A stretch of 64,000 nucleotides of DNA from a virus (lineage: Duplodnaviria > Heunggongvirae > Uroviricota > Caudoviricetes), in IMG/VR virus record IMGVR_UViG_3300025073_000880; one strand, given 5' to 3'. Below, piece by piece: positions 20,279 to 30,977 of this stretch (position 1 is its first letter; the number at the start of each line of letters is the position of its first letter). A model generated the notes under the pieces. The model made no database searches, was not told the DNA's origin, and saw nothing but the letters and a program-made list of their open reading frames with translations. The position numbers were made by a program, and so were the translations under genes.

Positions 20279-21210
20279 AATGTTTACTTTATATCTCTAT
20301 AAAGATCGGACTATATCTTAATCCCAAAGGATTCACAACGTTTAGTCTCTGAACGTCTATTAATAAAATCAATTATTCTACTTTGTTTTCTGAATATAGT
20401 GAAAAACAAACCGTGATCAATAAACGATTCTACTCTTATCCCAAAACAGATTAACACCTTTTTTCTACCAGAAGAGAAATTACGTTCTATTTTTAATGTT
20501 TTTACACCTAATTTTTCTAAAAAGTCTTTAAACTCTAATATCCAACTACCCTCAGTTTTGCCAACACCAATTCTATATTGAATGTTTTCCTTATCTGGTC
20601 TCAAAGTTTTAGATATCCACCCATCACCATCCATCACTCCTGCGATAAAATGTTTTTTTATCACATCTGGTGCACGCCATATGACAAAGGGTATATGCGT
20701 TTTCTTGTTTGTCTGCTCCCAAAATATATCTTTTAACTTTTTAAACCCAACATTTATACAGTATTGTACTTGTGTTTTTGACACGTGACCGTTTGGCCAA
20801 TGCCTGTCTATCGGCTCGAGGCGATTAATATTCGCACGACAAGACGGTATTAACAGTTTTATACAAGCAAGTGTTCTATCTGCAAACTCAATGTCTATCG
20901 TCCTTAAAGAAAAATTATAATAATATCCATATTTATCTTTACTTTTAGATATACACCCATCAGTAAGATAAACTCCAAACAAATAGGCTAATTCTTTATT
21001 AATATTCTCGCTGCTGATTTTCTCTAAATCCATATTTTTACTCTTAGGTAATGAATTTCTAACAAGAATTTCCAGCATTTTGTTGTTTTCCAATATTACC
21101 CTCCGTGCATTACTGCACGGGTGCCCACCCATTTTTAGGCTCGCTATAATATGGAAATTGTGCCATATAAAATCTTTAAACCATAATCCCAATACCTTGA
21201 AATGAGATTA
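20279..21210 (-). mobile_element. Group I intron A carrying a double-motif LAGLIDADG HE. Its 5' end abuts the stop of the scaffold-like ORF.
   Basis: Core at 20288-20356: UCAGAGACUAAACG ... AAGAUAUAGUCCGAUC plus the P9 hairpin CUUUAUAGAGAUAUAAAG. Confidence 0.7.
20311..21132 (-). CDS. Single-chain LAGLIDADG homing endonuclease with two motifs.
   Basis: GVYLTDGCIS and FIAGVMDGDGWIS. The track ORF extends to 21192 via TTG and in frame to the scaffold stop. The internal Met (MGGHPCS) at ~21132 is the more likely start. Confidence 0.7.
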   Translation of the reverse strand: MGGHPCSNARRVILENNKMLEILVRNSLPKSKNMDLEKISSENINKELAYLFGVYLTDGCISKSKDKYGYYYNFSLRTIDIEFADRTLACIKLLIPSCRANINRLEPIDRHWPNGHVSKTQVQYCINVGFKKLKDIFWEQTNKKTHIPFVIWRAPDVIKKHFIAGVMDGDGWISKTLRPDKENIQYRIGVGKTEGSWILEFKDFLEKLGVKTLKIERNFSSGRKKVLICFGIRVESFIDHGLFFTIFRKQSRIIDFINRRSETKRCESFGIKI

Positions 21211-22056
21211 AAAAGAATTTGGATTACTAGGTCCTCCAATAAAATCGTCAATGGTTGGAGTCTGTGATGGCATTCGACCACCTTGAGACCCTCCGCCACT
21301 AGCGTTTAAGGCGTTACCTTTAGCTATTTCGGCTTCCTCTTTTTCTTTATCCTTAACCGCCTTTTGGGCTTCATTTTCACCCTTAACCGCATAGTAAGCC
21401 ACATTAATGTCATAAACATCAGGATGGTCTTCAAGCCATTTGGTTATTGCGTCTGCGTATTCAGGAAAATCGCTTGTCGTATTGATAAAACTTTCAACGC
21501 TTTTTTCAAAGCTTCGCTTTTCTTCAATTTCAGAAATGTTATGAGTAAGGTCTTTTTCGACCTTAGACATTTTTTCCTGCATTTTTTTCTCAACAAGCTC
21601 CTCAATCGCATCGGAATTTAAAGTTTCAAGCTTTTTATCCCCCAATTCTTTTTTCACCTCTTTATAGGCACTAGTCATTGTGGTTGCATCTTCTTTATTA
21701 ATTTTACCACTTAAAACATCCTGTAATAAACTGGAGTTAATCTTGTCATCCAAGATAGCCTCAGCTAATTCAGGGTCGCTGTGAAGCTTTTCTAATAGGG
21801 GTGATATTTCATTGAAGAATTTTCTAAGGTCTCCAAGTTCACCACCCTGCTCAGTAAGCTTCTCAACTAAATTTTCGTAGTCAGTCTTAGGGACATAATC
21901 ACTAAGATTAACATCTTCCTTCTTTTCACCTTCATTGTTAGCGTTTGAAGACGGTTCGGGCTGCCTGCCTAAATCATTTGGCGATTTAGGTAGATCCGAG
22001 ACAGGGGCTCCCACGTCTTTGTTTGTGGACTCTGTGTTGTTTGCTTCTTTAGCCAT
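21208..22056 (-). CDS. Scaffold-like acidic coiled-coil protein. It may be the N-terminal delta domain / exon 1 of the capsid gene.
   Basis: 282 aa, rich in Glu, Lys and Asp with coiled-coil heptads. Its TAA stop is in frame with, and directly followed by, intron A. Confidence 0.45.
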   Translation of the reverse strand: MAKEANNTESTNKDVGAPVSDLPKSPNDLGRQPEPSSNANNEGEKKEDVNLSDYVPKTDYENLVEKLTEQGGELGDLRKFFNEISPLLEKLHSDPELAEAILDDKINSSLLQDVLSGKINKEDATTMTSAYKEVKKELGDKKLETLNSDAIEELVEKKMQEKMSKVEKDLTHNISEIEEKRSFEKSVESFINTTSDFPEYADAITKWLEDHPDVYDINVAYYAVKGENEAQKAVKDKEKEEAEIAKGNALNASGGGSQGGRMPSQTPTIDDFIGGPSNPNSF

Positions 22057-22446
22057 AAGTTTACTTCATAATTAATAATTACTTAGACAAAATATATTGT
22101 AAAAAACAAATGAACTCACTATTGTTCGCTAGAAATAGTCTGCTTCCTTTCTGCCAGTTTTTTCGCTAAATTACCCAAATTAATATCACCACCAGATTTT
22201 TCTTTTAACTTTTGCTCTTTCAGTTTATCTCCGATTAAAGAGACTATTTTCCCCGTGATAACATTCTTCATAGTTTTTTTATAAATTATTTAATACATTT
22301 TTTTACCACCAACACCACCATATCGATCAACCATTTTTCTAGCCAGCTTGTTTTTCTTTTTACGAACATCCATAGACTCTTTAAGCCTGCCTTCAACCTT
22401 AGATGACATGGCTGTCCTTGGCATATTGTCATACATCATAAATTAT

Positions 22447-22746
22447 TTATATTTTACCAATTTTTCTAACCTCAAAATCAAAACATTCCTTTGAGTTGTT
22501 ATCAGTTTCGTTAATCTCGTGACGAATAACCTTTGTTGTGACAACAAAAACACACTCATCACCAACCTCTAAGCCAGATAATGATGGTACCTGCTTTGTG
22601 CTTAAATAAAGATTGGGATAATAAACATCACTATTAGATGCTGTTAATGGCATTTCTGTTTCCTCCATTTTTTTACCTACATCTTTCATCTTAACCATTT
22701 TTGTTATCTCTTTAGCCATCTGATTTTTAGTATACTTATCTGCCAT
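22447..22746 (-). CDS. Hypothetical protein; likely true start MADKY.
   Basis: Promoter-motif copy 2 lies ~40 nt upstream of this Met. Confidence 0.3.
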   Translation of the reverse strand: MADKYTKNQMAKEITKMVKMKDVGKKMEETEMPLTASNSDVYYPNLYLSTKQVPSLSGLEVGDECVFVVTTKVIRHEINETDNNSKECFDFEVRKIGKI

Positions 22747-22783
22747 AATGCAAATTATTAAAGTTTTATTACTAAATCTTCTT

Positions 22784-22801
22784 ATATTATAACACAAGTC
22801 C
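22784..22801 (-). promoter_or_regulatory. Conserved promoter-like motif, copy 2.
   Basis: ATATTATAACACAAGTCC on the plus strand, giving an extended -10 on the minus strand. Confidence 0.45.
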
Positions 22802-23628
22802 CACTATATTGGCTAATATTTTGTGTAGTTACCCATAGATTTTGCTTCTGCTTCCTCAAGTGCTAACAAATCTTCGGGTGTCATGTTTTTTCTTTTTACC
22901 AATTCATTTACATAATTAATAAAATCAAACTCACCCTCACGCTTCCCTTGAGTCTTAGACATATCATGGGGATTCTTGTATGAATCTATATACCCCAAAA
23001 GACTTATAAGGTCATAATTTCTCTCTTGAGCAAAACGATTTAACGCATGCCAAAATGGAGTATCACAAATACTGACTAAAAAGTTATCAAACTCATCCTT
23101 TGGCATTGAATAAACATCACTATTTGGTGTAGTCTCCTCAGAACCTTTTAGTGATTCTTGAGTAACCTCACCTGCCACCTTCTTTTTTCTAGGCATAAAT
23201 CTTCATAAGTTATTAATAATTTTTAACGCCACTTTGTCCAGTCTATTGTTTTAAATACCCTATCCCAATGTTTCTTTTCATCTGGAAGCAACTCCCTATT
23301 ATAATCAGTTTTTTCTTTTAATATTTTTTGTGTAGGCTTGAGCGTTGAGTCATATAATGGATTAAGTTTTTGCTCTTTATTTTTTTTCTTAAACAATTTT
23401 GATAATAATGATACTACCCATCCGTTTTTTTTACTAGTCATATAATGATATAATTAAGCTTCGTGTATATAAACTTTATCTAGGTTTTTCCTTTTTAATT
23501 TTTCTAAAGTGTTCTTATCAATATTCTTTTTGTTATATCTACGCTCTTTAATATTTGTATTATACCGATTTCCTGTTATACGAGATAAAATCTCTTGCAT
23601 CCACTTTCTTTTGTTGTTTACCATATAT

Positions 23629-25731
23629 TTAACGTTGAATATTATTTACTCTATTTAATAAATTAGCCTCGGGGTTATATTCAGTATTAATAGGTATATT
23701 AGTGTTAACCTTTCCACCACGATTGAAACCCCCTGGGTTTGTTGTCCCACCAATTTTTGGAGCTGTTGGGGGTAATGCCCCAGCTTTTAAAAGATTAATC
23801 GGAGCACTTGCCTCCCTGAATGAAGAATTTGAAGTTGCTCCACCGAGAAGAGCTATTGCTTGTTGCACAACACCTGCCGGTATTTCACCAGAAGATATAC
23901 TTGGTAATGATTGACCTGATGGCTGTTGATATGGTGGCACTTGACCATTAGGAATCGGCAATTCACCGCCTGGGACAGGCATGCCGTCTGGCCCAACCAT
24001 CCCAGCCATATCAGGTGATAAAGTGTCGTCTTCTTTTTTAACAATGGAATCCAAAGACCACCCCCAACTATGCAACACCTTTGAAGTTAATTTTTTAGGG
24101 TCAACAAAAGGCAACTGAGAAAGCAACTGGAATAAATCCATCCCTTGTTTTTTGTCTATATCGTTTTTCCCAGCAATAGACGGCATTACAGTAGCCTTAT
24201 AATCATATTGACCGAATATGTCATCTTTTTCTATTAAGGGAAAAGCGTCTTTGCCATCATCTCCAGTTATACGAATAATAAGATTGTCAGTAAAAAACTG
24301 TCTATACATTGAAATCCAATACCTCAAAAGAGTAGCATAACCATCGCCTAAATGATTAACAAACAACCTCACTCGCTCAAGCGTTGATTCTCTTAAATGA
24401 CGAATTTCAGTCGCACTGTTAGCACCACCGCCCTGACCCATTGAAAAATCATCAACGCCTGAAGCATAACGCATATCGCCTTTAAGCAATTCTTCTTCCT
24501 TGTAGGCACTACCTTTAACGTCACTAAACTGAATTTCCCTAACACCATTCGGGTCAGCTGAATAAACAATACCAAATGGTCGTGTTACTAATTCATCCTT
24601 GTTTACATTGGCAAGAGGATTAACAATCCACATTTTATGGATATTAAGGGTAACTGCATCCAACCTCTGATTTTTAATCATATTAAGCATTATCTGTGGA
24701 TTCTCTAAAAGCATTGGTAATCCATACCCTTCAAACTCATTTGGAAGTCTTAAATAAGGAAATTCTATAAATGGTGCTTCCTTGAAATCATACGGTATTG
24801 GGATTGAACCGCCCCTAAGAATTGGAACATCATTAACCATAACCGCATAAGAGTCCTCATATGGTCTCCACCATTCAAAAACCTCATACATCCGCAAATC
24901 CCTAGACGTTTCAGACCCATACCTATCAACATTATATACATTTACACCACTAGCAACACCAGCATTAGATCTGTCTGCATTTTTTACAATTTTATCGTGA
25001 TTTGACTTTACCTCCATTCTAATATTGGCAAAATCTGTTAAATCCCCACCTGGTTTGTTAAGAGCTAATTCTAACCTCTTTTTATCTGCCCCAGGATAAC
25101 TTCTTTTAATAACAGAACCAGGAATAACCCTACGCCTAAACCAATACTGTTTATCCTCTCTTTTTATATTATGCCAATCATACCAAAGGTCGTATGGGTC
25201 AACATATTCAGCATATGGGGCGTCATAAAATGTCCTTGTTTCCTTTTTATAATTAAGCTTCTTTTTAGAAATATCCTTTGTCTGCAAAAATAAACCATCA
25301 CGGATATCCTGTTTCCAACTAGCCTGAAGAAAAGATATCCCATAAATCATTGACGCTCTAACTAAATTTTCAGTTGTAGGGTCCATACCTGCAATCTCCC
25401 AAGAAAACTCTCCAAGCTGTTGAACCTTAATTGCTTTTAACTGGTCATTCTCAGTTCTGCCCATAACGGAAAAATCAGGTCTAGCATCAAGGATACGAGG
25501 CATTAAGGTCTCAACTACAGAGTTTACATAAGGAACAAAAAAGTTTGCCTGCCATGCCTTTATTTGCTGTGCCCGGTCACCATTATAAGCGACATAAAGC
25601 TTATAAGATCTATCAAACCTTGGTTTTATACAAACATCAAAATATCTCTTTGCATCATCTTTTTGAAGTGTGAATGTTCTTATCAACTCTACATCACCAA
25701 AATCAGACGCTAAATATTGGTTTCTAACCAT
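23629..25731 (-). CDS. Portal protein candidate.
   Basis: 700 aa. Positioned between the large terminase and the scaffold/capsid genes. C-terminal Gly/Pro-rich tail. Confidence 0.45.
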   Translation of the reverse strand: MVRNQYLASDFGDVELIRTFTLQKDDAKRYFDVCIKPRFDRSYKLYVAYNGDRAQQIKAWQANFFVPYVNSVVETLMPRILDARPDFSVMGRTENDQLKAIKVQQLGEFSWEIAGMDPTTENLVRASMIYGISFLQASWKQDIRDGLFLQTKDISKKKLNYKKETRTFYDAPYAEYVDPYDLWYDWHNIKREDKQYWFRRRVIPGSVIKRSYPGADKKRLELALNKPGGDLTDFANIRMEVKSNHDKIVKNADRSNAGVASGVNVYNVDRYGSETSRDLRMYEVFEWWRPYEDSYAVMVNDVPILRGGSIPIPYDFKEAPFIEFPYLRLPNEFEGYGLPMLLENPQIMLNMIKNQRLDAVTLNIHKMWIVNPLANVNKDELVTRPFGIVYSADPNGVREIQFSDVKGSAYKEEELLKGDMRYASGVDDFSMGQGGGANSATEIRHLRESTLERVRLFVNHLGDGYATLLRYWISMYRQFFTDNLIIRITGDDGKDAFPLIEKDDIFGQYDYKATVMPSIAGKNDIDKKQGMDLFQLLSQLPFVDPKKLTSKVLHSWGWSLDSIVKKEDDTLSPDMAGMVGPDGMPVPGGELPIPNGQVPPYQQPSGQSLPSISSGEIPAGVVQQAIALLGGATSNSSFREASAPINLLKAGALPPTAPKIGGTTNPGGFNRGGKVNTNIPINTEYNPEANLLNRVNNIQR

Positions 25732-25753
25732 AACAAAAAATTATATAAATTAA

Positions 25754-27232
25754 CTAATATGAAAATGAAGAAGGAAGGTGTTTTGAATAATCTATCTGCG
25801 TCAACTCTTTATCGTACATTACCTTAAATCCTTGTAACCCTATACCAGCAGCAAAAATACAGTCATCATGATACCCCCTTTGAGATACCATATCACCGTT
25901 ATCGTTATAAACCATTGTGGTCATTTCATCTAAAAGCTCTTTACTGTGAATAATTATCTCTCCATCCCTCAACGCCTTTGCAAGTTCGTCTATAAGAAGT
26001 GGTCGTGTAACCTTATTGGTCTTCCACCCTAACCTATCACTAACAGGCTGTCCCATAGTTTCAAATTTCGATGGACGAAAATAAAGATTAGGATATAGTT
26101 TTTGCCTTAAACATGTGAGTGTAGTAAGTCCATGATTATTAACCTCTACCACCATCAAGGCGTTATTGTATCTACGACCCCACACATCAAGTTTATCAGC
26201 CAACCTATCTGGAGGAACAAGTCCTCTATATAAAGCGACCTCTTCACCCGTTTTCCTGTCCCAAACAATAATAACAGAATAATCACCGTCCTCCATACCT
26301 TCAGAGGTATCAACCCCAAATATGTACAATCCTCCTGGGTCTATTGGTTTATAAATTCTAAAACCATCTTCCATTGAAACAATATGCTTTTTGCCGTCAC
26401 CGACTTCAACCACATCGTTCTCTCCCAAAATATTTTTACGAGATTCAAGGATAACGTTTTGGTCAAATACTGGACGCCCTGACGACATGAATTGCAACAA
26501 GTATTCACGAGCAAACTTCTTTGGATCGTTAAGGCGTCTCCTAATCAAGTTTATTTCGTCATCAGTATATCCCCAGTGATAACCATATGACTTTTTAATA
26601 TAACCATTATTATCATCCATCCACATTCTATGGTACCTATCTCCAATTTGATTTGGCGTACTTTCAATAACAATCTTTCCGTCTATGGGGACAGAAGCCT
26701 CTAAAATACTCATTTTTTCATCTGCCTTATCCCAGAAAGACAACTCCGTAACCAAAACATTGTGTAAAGTATAGCCCCGTCCTACATATTCCGTTGATGG
26801 CAACACAATTATCTTAGAATCCATCGCAGGGAAACTCATTTCATATTTTGAATTATATTCAATTGTAGGCCTAAGCTCTTCTGGTGTTGTGCGGTGAAAT
26901 GTCTTAACCTTATCCAAAAGCTCTGTCACAAGCTGACTGTTATATCCAATAATAGCCGTATTGGTTCCTGGGTTCATAATTGTGTTGTGATAAAAATAGC
27001 CCACCATAGCAGAAGAAAACCCCAATTGTCTGGCCTTCAAGATCATAACCCTATTATTCACCCGCAATGTATTAAAAAGATCCTTTTGGCATTCTTTAAG
27101 CACAAATGGCAATAGGCTTCCGGGCTTCTTTCCTTTTATCTTACAAAAATTTTCAAGATAAAACTTTGGGTCTCTTAAAAGTTTTAATTGTAAATCGTTA
27201 TTCTTCATATAACTTTCTTCCAGCATCATCAT
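25754..27232 (-). CDS. terL: Terminase large subunit.
   Basis: Walker-A variant VMILKARQLGFSSAM (Terminase_6-type KxRQxGxS). 492 aa, with a C-terminal nuclease-like acidic region. Confidence 0.75.
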   Translation of the reverse strand: MMMLEESYMKNNDLQLKLLRDPKFYLENFCKIKGKKPGSLLPFVLKECQKDLFNTLRVNNRVMILKARQLGFSSAMVGYFYHNTIMNPGTNTAIIGYNSQLVTELLDKVKTFHRTTPEELRPTIEYNSKYEMSFPAMDSKIIVLPSTEYVGRGYTLHNVLVTELSFWDKADEKMSILEASVPIDGKIVIESTPNQIGDRYHRMWMDDNNGYIKKSYGYHWGYTDDEINLIRRRLNDPKKFAREYLLQFMSSGRPVFDQNVILESRKNILGENDVVEVGDGKKHIVSMEDGFRIYKPIDPGGLYIFGVDTSEGMEDGDYSVIIVWDRKTGEEVALYRGLVPPDRLADKLDVWGRRYNNALMVVEVNNHGLTTLTCLRQKLYPNLYFRPSKFETMGQPVSDRLGWKTNKVTRPLLIDELAKALRDGEIIIHSKELLDEMTTMVYNDNGDMVSQRGYHDDCIFAAGIGLQGFKVMYDKELTQIDYSKHLPSSFSY

Positions 27233-27770
27233 CAGCGTTTCTAATATCCTCCTCAGTTTTTGTTATTTCAGGCTCGTGAACCTCATAATCAACATTAACG
27301 TCAACATCATCTTCGGCAATAACATTATCGCCCAAAATCCTTTTTGTATCCTCAGCTTTTTCAACAGCTTGGATAACAGCCTCCTCCCAGCTTTTTGTTT
27401 GCACTTGGGCGTCTTCATATTTATCAACACCAATAGACCTCATGAGGGTTTGAATAGCCTGAAGTTTTACTGAATCTGATTTCGACCACTCAATAATATT
27501 TTTTATATTCCCAAGTAAATAATCAAAACCAATACCACTACGACCTAGTGCTTCATGATATTCTTTCCTAATAGACATTTTATCAAGAGTTCTGTATACC
27601 TCGGTTGCAGACTTTAAACCAGCCAAACGCTTCAGTTCATCAACATCCGTAATGCCATCAGCAAGACCTTTTAATAAAATATTTTGGGCTAACAGGTTTG
27701 GAGCATAAAATCTTGATTTTGCCGCATTTAATATAACAGGTTTAAACCTTGGCTTTTCTTCGTGTTCCAT
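27198..27770 (-). CDS. Terminase small subunit candidate.
   Basis: 190 aa, immediately upstream of terL. Helical N-terminus and acidic C-terminus. Confidence 0.3.
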   Translation of the reverse strand: MEHEEKPRFKPVILNAAKSRFYAPNLLAQNILLKGLADGITDVDELKRLAGLKSATEVYRTLDKMSIRKEYHEALGRSGIGFDYLLGNIKNIIEWSKSDSVKLQAIQTLMRSIGVDKYEDAQVQTKSWEEAVIQAVEKAEDTKRILGDNVIAEDDVDVNVDYEVHEPEITKTEEDIRNADDDAGRKLYEE

Positions 27771-28938
27771 ACAGGTATGATTCTAAATTTTTTACATAAT
27801 GGGCTGAAAAGTTATATGGGAATTTATAAACATACTTTTCACCATGTTCTTCATTATAACAGCTAATATAGTTTATGACATAATCAAGAAACTTTACATA
27901 GCTCATTTTTTGTTTTTCACCCTCAGCTAAAAGCTCTAGCCTCTCATTCATGCGGTGAACAAAATATAAACACTCAAAATTCATATATTTATAGGGGTAT
28001 TCATAAGTATATTCAAATGGACTGTGGATATCGAAATCAGGAAAAAAATCATAAATATATGTAGTTAGCTTAAACAAAGAACTGTTCCCACCAAAAAAAA
28101 ATTTAGTGTCGTGATTGATGACATTTTTCATCATGGTAGAAAACGCTCCATCAACATTAGTCCCATTTTTATTCCCCCGCAATCTTCTCCTGCCTTTATA
28201 GCAAAACATAGAAAACAGCCAATAAATTTTTATCAAATGCTGGAAAGCTTCATTTTCAAAGGACCCAAACAACTTTTTCAACTCCAAAAAATATGTCCCT
28301 CTATCGTAAGCATTGCCAAATACTGTGATGTCATTTATATCAAAATTCTTTGGTTTTGGATTTGAAAATACATATTCATATTCACGTTTATAATGCTTCA
28401 TATTTTAAGATAATGCTCTTATTTTATCCAAATATCCTTTGTCTTGCAGAATCAAACTCATTTCCCATTCTATTCTTAATACTTGGCTCAACACCAACCC
28501 CCTCTGCAACGCCATCTGTGGCACCAATATCTGAAGTTTTAATCTCCGCACTACCGTCAGGGTCTAAAACTTCAAACAACCTTTCAAATAAAGTTACCAA
28601 ATCTGGGTCTCTTTCTTCTAATTTCTGCATAAATGATGAAATAGAATTCATATCGCTAGGGTCGACTCCCGATTCCTGTAATACTGCGTAAAAGCTTTTA
28701 AGCAACTCTATCTTTAGCTTTTTAAGCTTTTGTTCTTTCATCAAACCCTCAGTATTAAGCATTCTGTCTTTATTTTTTATTCGTTCAAGCTTAGTCAATA
28801 GCGGAGCAGTGCTAACCATTTCTTCTTGTCCATCACCATTATTTGGTATAATGTCAGGTTTTAATGCCATTTTTCTCTTAATATCATTTTTTTGAGGCAT
28901 AAATTATTTTTTTCTTATTATTTTCAAGATGATTTGTT

Positions 28939-28957
28939 TATATTATAACACAAGTCC
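28939..28957 (-). promoter_or_regulatory. Conserved promoter-like motif, copy 3.
   Basis: About 40 nt upstream of the gene 28424-28900. Confidence 0.45.
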
Positions 28958-29135
28958 CATTGTTTTTCTATAAAAAAAGAACCAGAGCACTAATTCTGAT
29001 TCTTTTATGGGTTTAGTGTAATTAATAACAATGAACATAAGGTTCGTTAAAATGTTGATATAAACACATCTAACAAACCCTTAAATCTATAGGCACTCTA
29101 TTATATGAGTATGCACAATAGGCTGTCCAACAGAT

Positions 29136-29444
29136 TTAAAACAATTGTTTATTTATATAAGCACGGAGTTCGTTACAAGGAGCAATTTTAATGATATTCG
29201 AGCTACCTGCCACATCGTATACTTTAGTGTTGACATTAAATATACGTCTAGCCTTACGCCTTTCTACTAAAATTCTACCAAAGTTTGGAAGAGTAATGCT
29301 GCCATTATCTTTTAATTTATTCAATATTACTTTAAGTATACCATAATAAACATCACTGACAACATCAGTTGGGATGTAATTACAATATCCTCTAACATCT
29401 CTGAAAAAACTTTGTTTGTCATACATCTTCTCCATAGACGCCAT
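29136..29444 (-). CDS. HU/IHF-like DNA-binding protein.
   Basis: LPNFGRILVERRKARRIFNVNTKV-YDVAGSSNIIKIAPCNELRAYI matches the HU beta-arm pattern. Confidence 0.5.
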   Translation of the reverse strand: MASMEKMYDKQSFFRDVRGYCNYIPTDVVSDVYYGILKVILNKLKDNGSITLPNFGRILVERRKARRIFNVNTKVYDVAGSSNIIKIAPCNELRAYINKQLF

Positions 29445-30255
29445 GTAAAATATCCAAGTCTTTATTGCTTGATTTCAATAATGCAATATTCATTTTCTCA
29501 TTTGCCCTTATAACAGTTAAAAACTCTAATGGTAACATGGAGTCAATGCACAACTGCCTCAATGTAGCAAAGTCTTTCACCAAACAATCTCCGCCTGCCC
29601 CCCTGCCGTTTTTATGGGTTGGCTCAGTATGCACTCTATGGATACGAGAATCGTTTATAACAGCCTCTCTGATAACGTCATACGAACAATTGTAAGCAAC
29701 AGCCAAATCAAACATGATATTGAAAAACATATTCTTAACATAAAAATAACAATTGCCAGCATATTTTATAAGTGAAGATTCCTCATAACTACAAATGGTA
29801 TTATAAGGAGCTTTGGGCAAAATAGCAATAATAGATTTAGCCACATCAGTGTCAGCATCAGTAGCTATACCTATAATATTTCGTTCAGGATTATCTGTAT
29901 CTTCACGGGCAGTCGCCTCAGTTAAAAACTCAGGGCTGTGTAAAATTATTCTATCTTTATGTTTACAAGATAAATCTCTTAATGTATTAGGAATCACAGT
30001 TGATTTAACCACAATAATTTGGCCTTCTTTTGTAACTTCATTAATTGTATTAACTAAAATACTATCATCAAATCCATTCTGCGTTGTTGGTGTTGGCAGA
30101 GCAAAGAAAACGACATCACACTCTTTAATTTTATCTTTATTGCTAACATACTCGGATTCCAACGAATATCTAACAATATCTTTATACCCTCTAGTTTCAA
30201 AATTATTAGCTAAATTTTTTCCTATAAACCCCTGACCAACAAATCCTATTTTCAT
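29419..30255 (-). CDS. NAD-dependent nucleotide-sugar dehydrogenase (UDP-glucose/GDP-mannose dehydrogenase family), short form.
   Basis: MKIGFVGQGFIGKN Rossmann motif; GAGGDCLVKD catalytic-cysteine motif. Confidence 0.55.
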   Translation of the reverse strand: MKIGFVGQGFIGKNLANNFETRGYKDIVRYSLESEYVSNKDKIKECDVVFFALPTPTTQNGFDDSILVNTINEVTKEGQIIVVKSTVIPNTLRDLSCKHKDRIILHSPEFLTEATAREDTDNPERNIIGIATDADTDVAKSIIAILPKAPYNTICSYEESSLIKYAGNCYFYVKNMFFNIMFDLAVAYNCSYDVIREAVINDSRIHRVHTEPTHKNGRGAGGDCLVKDFATLRQLCIDSMLPLEFLTVIRANEKMNIALLKSSNKDLDILHGVYGEDV

Positions 30256-30274
30256 AATGGAACTGCATTAATGT

Positions 30275-30604
30275 TTATTTAAGTGTTGCAATTTTAGGTT
30301 TATTATTATCAGCATCAAACGTTTGGGTTTCATCAACCTCTAATCCTTCTAATATTCCAAGGACATCAGCCTCTCGGTATATGTTATATGTTTTTCCCTC
30401 ATCATAATAAAGAGGACATTGATACGAATTAACAACAATATAATCACCAACTTTTACACTCTTAACCTCACCCCCAACAGAGATAACCTTACCTATATTG
30501 GATGTATGCCCCCCAGAAAGTGGTATCATTAAACCGCTTTTACTTGTAGCGCTAGCAAGAGGGCGGAAAAGTATAGCATCTTTAATGGCTTTAAAATTTA
30601 CCAT
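30275..30604 (-). CDS. groES: GroES-like co-chaperonin (Cpn10).
   Basis: ...SGLMIPLSGG....GKVISVGGEV...VKVGDYIVV... matches the GroES pattern. Confidence 0.5.
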   Translation of the reverse strand: MVNFKAIKDAILFRPLASATSKSGLMIPLSGGHTSNIGKVISVGGEVKSVKVGDYIVVNSYQCPLYYDEGKTYNIYREADVLGILEGLEVDETQTFDADNNKPKIATLK

Positions 30605-30977
30605 ATAATATATTTATTTATTTTTTAATCGGGACATAAGAAAATTCGTTATCATCAAGAGGAGTACTGTTATTATTAACAGGATTTGCTGATTGTAAGC
30701 CATCAAAGAAAGTCTCTTTGTCCTGCTCTAAGTCTTTATTCGCGACATTAAACTTGTGTTCACTTATTTTATAATTCATGATTTCAATCAGTTTTGAAAA
30801 TGTCTCGTAATCAAGTAAAAACTTATCTATCAAAGAGCTTTCACCATCCAACTCCTTCATAAAACTCATAATAAAGTACTTATCCGCCAACGATAAATCA
30901 ACACGGTTGGCATACTGAAAAGGTTCATTGTTCATATTGTTATTTCAATTATCTCTTAAAATTATATCCCACAAAAA

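Noticed and set aside
29136-30255. Possibility that 29136-29444 is the missing C-terminal domain of the nucleotide-sugar dehydrogenase (split gene).
   Set aside because: Its sequence fits the HU/IHF beta-arm pattern rather than a UDP-binding domain. Treated as a separate DNA-binding protein.
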